Shown here piece by piece: positions 54,372 through 64,000 of a stretch of DNA of 64,000 bases. Made by a program: the position numbers and the translations under genes. The stretch's first letter is position 1, and each line of letters opens with the position of its first letter. The notes under the pieces were generated by a model, which did no database searches, was not told the origin of the DNA, and saw only the letters and a program-made list of their open reading frames with translations. Source of the DNA: Octopus vulgaris (Eukaryota); assembly GCA_951406725.2 (NCBI GenBank), contig OX597829.1:2728001-2792000 (forward strand). Direction: 5' to 3'.

Positions 54372-54443
<72 letters not shown>

Positions 54444-54468
54444 TTTAATAATTTTAATAATTTTAATA

Positions 54469-54518
<50 letters not shown>

Positions 54519-54576
54519 AGAGATAGATTGAGACAGATAGAGAGTGAGAGAGAGTGAGAAAGAAAGAGAGAGATAC

Positions 54577-56064
<1,488 letters not shown>

Positions 56065-56252
56065 CCTTTATATTGCAGGCACAAGGCCTGAAAGTTGGGC
56101 GCGGGGACTAACCCTCAGTGTTTCACTGGTGCTTCATATATCAACCTCTAAAGGATGGAAGGCAAAACCGAACTCGGTAGAATTTGAACTCAGAACGTAG
56201 CGACAAACGAAATACCGCTAAGCATTTCATCCAGCGCGCAAACGATTCTGCA
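56065..56252 (-). mobile_element. SINE family A, diverged copy
   Basis: Reverse complement gcagaatcgtt..ctgagttcaaattc..gccttccatccttt. Confidence 0.7.
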
Positions 56253-56329
56253 ATACTTCTGTTGCTATGCAAATTCTTGAGTTTAAAAGGCAAAGGAACT
56301 CAAAGGACAAAGTCCCTACTAGGAACGAA

Positions 56330-57700
56330 GACATGACAACTAAATTGAACCACTCAAAAAAGGGTTAGGAGTGAAATAAGAACGAACTGCAAATAAGGTA
56401 CATCGTAATCAGCAAAGAACTGCAAGTAGTAAAAACAGTGTCAGGTAAAAAAAAAACAAAAAAAACAGATACCAACAGAGAACAAGGTAATACACTTCAA
56501 GAACGAGGAATAATTCTATAAACGACTAAACAACAAAGAAGAGCATCTGGTGTCATGATATGCCCGATGTTGGTAAGAAATCTGGAGTAAAGAAGTCCAA
56601 CATAAAATAAAAGCAGATTGGTTGTGAAAATTTAAAAGAGAAATGGAAGATGGAATAACATAAAGAAAATATAACAAGTACGGATAAGAAGATGAAAGAG
56701 ATGATCAAGAAAAACTCAAACCCCTGGACCAAATAGTGTTCAAGGAATCTGGCTCGAAAATCTTCCAAGTATACACAGCCATATACAACTTGGGAAATCT
56801 CAGGATGAAGCCAGAAAGTTGAGGGGAGTGTGGAAACCAAGACAACAATGATTTCTGTAGTAAAATAGAGCAATTGTCACAATATGCAAAATGAGACTGA
56901 AAGAGATTAGAATTAAAACTCACATTGTCGATCTGAAGAAAAGTACCATCCTGCAAGAATCCTAAGACTGATTCTTTAGATTTGAGGATACCCGCCTGCA
57001 AGCCTTCACAGTGCATCCACAGGAATTTCCACTACTACATTAACACTTATAACAATGCAGCAGTGTACCTACACTGGGTAATATGCGGTAGTTATAAAAT
57101 CAAAGTGAGAAGTGATATGAACATTAATCGCACTGAAAAGAGAAGGAAACCAACAAGCTTAATATCAGAATCAACGACTGGAACGACAGGAGATGTGTAC
57201 TTATCGATATTACAACACCCTAAGGCGGGGAGCTGGCAGAATCGTTAGCTCACCGGAAAAAAATGCTTTGCAGCATTTCGTCCGTTTTTACTTTCTAAAT
57301 TCAAATTCCGCCAAGGTCGATTTTACTTTCCATCCATTCGGGGGTCGATAAAATAAGTACCAGATAAACACTAGGGTCGATCTAACCGACTTACCCACTT
57401 CCCCGAAATTGCTAGCCTTGTGCCAAAATCTGAAAACGATATTACAATACCTTGAGAAGGAAATACCTCCATAAATGTCATGGAGAAGTTGATCAAGTAT
57501 AAAGACGTGGAGATCAAAATGAACAGGTCAGAGGAAAAGTAGGACTCACGAAGAAAAGAATGGGAAAGTTCACCAACCGTACACTGGACAACATCAATAT
57601 CTATGAACACCAGAAGATCGCTACAGAGTATCGTCAATTAAACAACATCTTTCCTATAACAACCATAGTTTGGATATGGCCCTGCAGGATATGAAATAAG
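56330..57700 (+). mobile_element. Heavily decayed R4/Dong remnant with a SINE A insertion (57222-57436)
   Basis: HNNAAVYLHW.IC-like and EKLIKYKDVEIK pieces; SINE head aaggcggggagctggcagaatcg. Confidence 0.55.
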
Positions 57701-58059
57701 AAATACAAAAGGAACAATAACAGCGTCAACAAAATTAAAATAACAGTAATAATAGTATTTTTATTAGTCACGTATTAGTCACAACTAAAGTACATATAAT
57801 ACACGTTAAGAAACAGTATTTATAATACTGTGGAGCTGAATAATGTTTAATAATGACGAGACGATGGGAAGATTCATGACGTAAGAAGGCATATTGAAAA
57901 CGGAGTAAAAGAAGACAACAACAAAAAAGAAGTACCGGAAGGAGAAGAGGAAGCGCTACGCAACAAGGAGTGTACCGCCAATTCCATGTAGCCATAACCT
58001 AAGGTGCTGGAGGATATAGGTGGGATTGGTTGAAGAAAGGAACAGCTAAAAAGAAGACT

Positions 58060-58238
58060 TCTACTTATAGCCTCGGGCCAACCAGAGCCCTGTGAGTGGA
58101 TTTGGTAGACGGAAACAGAAAGGCATCCGTTGTGTGTATATATATGTATGTGTATGTATACATATGTATGTGTATGCATATATATATGTATATGTATGTA
58201 TACATATGTATGTATGTATGTATTTATCTATGTATGTA

Positions 58239-58269
<31 letters not shown>

Positions 58270-58660
58270 ATGTATGTATGTATGTATGTATGTATGTATG
58301 TATGTATGTATGTATGTATGTGTGTGTGTGTATGTGTGTATGTGTGTGTGTGAGTATGTATGTATGTGTGTGTGTATGTGTGTGTATGTGTGTATGTATG
58401 TATGTGTGTATGTGTGTGCATGTATGTATGTATGTGTGTGTATGTATGTATGTGTGTGTGTGAGTATGTATGTATGTATGTGTGTGTGTATGTGTGTGTG
58501 TATGTGTGTGTGTATGTATGTATGTATGTATGCATGTATGTATGTATGTATGTATGTGTGTATGTGTGTGTATGTATGTATGTGTGTGAGTATGTATGTA
58601 TGTATGTATGTATGTATGTATGTATGTGTGTGTATGTGTGTATGTATGTATGCGTGTGAG

Positions 58661-58691
<31 letters not shown>

Positions 58692-58748
58692 GTATGTGTG
58701 TATGTGTGTGTATGTATGTATGTATGTATGTATGTAAGTATGTGTGTA

Positions 58749-58779
<31 letters not shown>

Positions 58780-59110
58780 ATGTAACTATGTGTGTATGTG
58801 TGTGTATGTATGTATGTATGTATGTATGTATGTATGTATGTATGTATGTATGTATGTATGTATGTATGTATGTATGTATGTATGTATGTATGTATGTATG
58901 TCTCTGTGTCCATGTTTGTCTCCCCATCACCGCTTGACAAGCAGTGCTGATGTGTTCGCGAACCCGTAACTAAGCGGTTCGGCAAATGGTACCGATAGAA
59001 GACTAAACTTTAAAATAAGTCATGGGATCCATTTGTTCGACTAGAAAAACCCTTCAAGGTGTTGCTCCAGCATGACCAAAGTCAAATAGCTGAAACAAGT
59101 AAAAGGCTAA
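58060..59110 (+). mobile_element. SINE family B with internal microsatellite expanded to ~770 bp
   Basis: 5' body at 58060-58135 and 3' body at 58900-59110 flank (TATG/TG)n. Confidence 0.75.
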
Positions 59111-59968
59111 AGAAATAAAATAGTGTATGTGCGTCTGTGTGTGTGTGTGCGCGTGCACACACATGTTTGTGTGTTTGCGTGACAAAATAGGCGAAAGTGC
59201 ATTAAGAGAATTATTGCAATATTTTAAGAAAAATTTACGCGACAAAACAAGTCCAACGGTTCATTGAAATCTACAAGATCTTTTTCACTTCCATAACGTA
59301 ACCGGTTTCATTCCTCCATCTGTATTCTTCCATTAACATTGTTTATACTCGTCACAACACTTTTGGAGCTGCACAGAGAAGTCTATTTACAATGGTTGCA
59401 AGACAACAAGTGGATTGTTTTGTCGCTGGACAAAGAACTAGGTATTAGGTTACAAAAAGAAAAAAAAATGAGAGCGTATAGCTCTTAAAGAGTAAGGTAT
59501 AGAGGGAGCGAGGTAGGAATTTCAGAGGTTACTTAAGATTATTAAACAAAAGGCTGCCCTAGATAGAGAGGATATGCCTTTTAAAAGATAAGGTAGTGGG
59601 TGTTCGGAATTTCAGTCCCTAGCTAGGTTTTTAAGCTCAGCCTTACATATTTTTTATATTTGTTTTAGTCATCAGACTATGGTGGCATCGCTTAAAGAAT
59701 TTTTAGTCGAACGAATCGACCCCCAACTCCTATTCTTTATTAATCGTGGTTTTTAATCTATCGGTCTCTTTGCTCGAACCGCTAAGTTACAGGGGCTTGA
59801 ACAAACCAACAACGATTGTCAAGCGGCGGTGGTGGACAAGCACACACACACAATAGGGATCATGTATCACAGTGTCATGGTGTAAAGTGTAAGGGGGGAA
59901 CCAGATAAGGTTTATCCGTGGGAAGAAAAGCCTACGGAAAAGGCCACGGTAACCTCGGTCAAAGTGTG

Positions 59969-60026
<58 letters not shown>

Positions 60027-60590
60027 TCTGTATACGATGGCCTTCTTTCAGTTTTCGTCTACCAGGTCCACTCACAAGGGTTTGGTTGGCCAGAGGCTAT
60101 ACCGGAAGACACTTGCCCAAGATACCACACAGTAGGACTGAAACCGGAACCAGGTGGTTGGGATGCGCAGCCACACTTGCGCTAGTTCTTTCATATAAGG
60201 AGTGGCCATATATATGTATATATATATATAAAATATATATATATATGGCCACTCCTTATATGAAAGAACTATATATAAAATATATATATGTGTGTGTGTG
60301 CGTGTATATATATATATACACATACACACACCTTTATATACATATATAAATATATTCTTTTATTCTTTTATATATATACATATACTTACAACGTGACTCA
60401 GTTTCTTTCTTTCATATTAATTCACAAGGGTTTGTCACCCGGAAACTATAGCGACTGAACCTGCGGCGATGTGGTTGGGAAGCAAAATTCCTGCCACGAG
60501 GCTATGCTGTACTTAATCGCACGCACGCACATACAGAGGTCACGTGCGCACACACACATATATCTACATATACATATATATGTGTGTGTG

Positions 60591-61296
<706 letters not shown>

Positions 61297-61544
61297 GCAG
61301 ATAGAAATATATGAAAATGTATAGGAATGTATATATGTGCATGTATGTATGTACACATGTATGTGCATAAATATGTGTGCGTATACACAAATATGTATGT
61401 ATACAAATATGTATGTGTACATGAATTTATGTATCTGTGTATGTGTGGGCAATGTGTCTTCATACTCACGCACACACATGCACATACACACACACATATA
61501 TTTATACATACACGTTTGTATAGACATATGAATAAAGTGGTACG

Positions 61545-61586
61545 TGTATGTATATATGTATGTATGTATGTATGTACGTGCGTATG

Positions 61587-61620
<34 letters not shown>

Positions 61621-61690
61621 TGTATGTATGTATGTGTGTATGTATGTATGTATGTATATATGTATGTATGTATGTATGTACGTGCGTATG

Positions 61691-61724
<34 letters not shown>

Positions 61725-61848
61725 TGTATGTATGTATGTATGTATGTATGTATGTATGTATGTATGTATGTGTGTGTATGTATGTATGTGTGTATGTATG
61801 TATGTATGTATGTATATATGTATGTATGTATGTATGTACGTGCGTATG

Positions 61849-61882
<34 letters not shown>

Positions 61883-62125
61883 TGTATGTATGTGTGTATG
61901 TATGTATGTATGTAAGTATGTATGTATGTATGTATGTGTGTATGTATGTATGTATGTATGTATGTATATATGTATGTATGTATGTATGAATGTGTGTGTA
62001 TGTATGTATGTATGTATGTATGTATGTGCGTATGTGCGTATGTATGTATGTATGTATGTATGTATGTATGTATGTATGTATGTATGTCTGTCTGTATGTA
62101 TGTATGCATGTGTGTATATGTGTAT
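61545..62125. repeat. (TATG)n compound microsatellite
   Basis: Direct sequence. Confidence 0.95.
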
Positions 62126-62779
62126 AAATAAATATGTGTTGTTTTACATAAGCGTATGACAAACAATTTACGCGTTCGTTGGACAAAAACTATCTTGCTA
62201 GTTATCTCCCTTCCACGCTAAAGTCTCTCCCATTTCCCATCTCTGAAAGCCTCGCAAACAAGATCCATGGAGTATAAACATTAAACAAAATTCTTACAGA
62301 AGAAAGAAAGAAATAAAAATATCAACACAAAACGAACAACAAAGGAATATATGAGCATGTTTACATCCGAGCGTGATGCAGTTCAATAGTTGAAATCAAT
62401 AAAACAATAAATAAACAAAAGTGTGAAGCAACAATACATACATGGCACACAGGTTGGAAAACATAATATGGTATTTCCTTAATCAGATATTAACTAATTA
62501 ATCTTGAAAAGACTTATTAGTTACAGAACTTCTCTTATCTATATCTCCTCTTCCAATTAGCGCCGCTGAGTAACATTGATACTTATAAGAAAATATCCGG
62601 TTATTTAAAGTTCCTAATCAAGAACCAACCCGCTTTAGTCTGGGTATTTTCTCCTCTCCTTCCCTCCTTCTCTCTCCCTCCTCTCCCTCTCACCCTCTCG
62701 CCCCTCTCTCCATTACTGTTTTTCTTTTTGTCTGTCACTTTCTATCCCACCTTTCTCTCTGTCTCTCTCTCTTTCTCTT

Positions 62780-62818
<39 letters not shown>

Positions 62819-63215
62819 ATACATACATTCCAGTCACGAAAGCTTGCTTGTCAAACGTTGTTGCGTGCGGTATCCACATCCGTCGCAGCTTAAACGTAAC
62901 TATACGTTCGTGTGATTGATTACCTAACACTGGATTTTAATTGTGATATAAAACAGTTTCCAACTTGGAATTAATCAATTAACTGTGCGTCACAGTCTCC
63001 CCTAACTTCTAAATGACTGCATGAAACATAGAATGTGGCACACATCATAGTTTTCTTAAGAAGATGTTAAGGTCATACGATATCTACCTTGTCTACTTTC
63101 ATCTCACCTGGCATTTTTTTCATTTTTTCAGTCTTTTGTATTTCTGGAAATCTTTTCCTTGTCTTTTTATGTACATGCCTGTTTCTCCCCTCAAGATTTA
63201 TCTGTCTCTCTATCT

Positions 63216-63704
<489 letters not shown>

Positions 63705-63707
<3 letters not shown>

Positions 63708-63880
63708 AATACAGTGTACATTTCAACACAAAAGAGATGCCCAAAGAATAGGATATCTGACTCACTAGAAGGAGCAGCTAAACTCCAAGCCACTAAGCTA
63801 TTCACAATGCTCTTTCTAGTGAGTCAGATATCCTATTCTTTGGGTTACTTTTTTTGTGTTTGAATGTACACTGTATTCTT
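63705..63880. repeat. Hairpin/MITE-like palindrome (~70 bp arms)
   Basis: aagaatacagtgtacatt..cccaaagaataggatatctgactcactagaa versus its reverse complement at ~63814-63880. Confidence 0.85.
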
Positions 63881-64000
63881 CTCTGAATAATATATAATCT
63901 ATAATCTATTGACTAATTTTTTCGTCTCGCTAGACCACTGGTAACTAAGAATTTTTTCGATAAATATCCTTGCTACCCTAAGATTTTAATTAACGATTAT

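Noticed and set aside
59290-59342. GAAACCGGTT hammerhead-like half on the minus strand
   Set aside because: CTGANGA core and stem II absent

Overview
AT-rich, microsatellite-saturated eukaryotic (animal) genomic DNA with no recognisable host gene. The SINE types, the 5S pseudogene and the repeat landscape resemble a coleoid cephalopod (Octopus-like); this is an inference. Almost all long ORFs in the track are artefacts of (TA)n, (TACA)n, (TAGA)n and (TAA)n repeats. The only intact gene is a 1293-aa single-ORF R4/Dong-clade non-LTR retrotransposon (Myb-like, RT, CCHC, RLE; 2373-6254, minus) sitting in a (TAA)n microsatellite. About ten further decayed R4/Dong fragments from several diverged subfamilies are present, plus Penelope-like, CR1, L1/Tx1, Tc1/mariner-like, Ginger-like and Helitron remnants and two SINE families. 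Main observations: (1) a candidate TAA-targeting system made of the autonomous R4/Dong element, a conserved non-coding ~555-bp element always in the same TAA orientation, and a 3' RNA stem-loop/pseudoknot conserved in structure but not sequence; (2) about a dozen minimal type-I hammerhead ribozyme motifs, including divergent pairs in inverted-repeat elements, one of which brackets the intact retrotransposon; (3) a Penelope GIY-YIG domain split by a ~1 kb coding-like low-complexity insert; (4) a decayed 5S rRNA-tRNA(Asp)-tRNA(Ala-like) cluster. All assignments were made by eye and coordinates of decayed elements are approximate.
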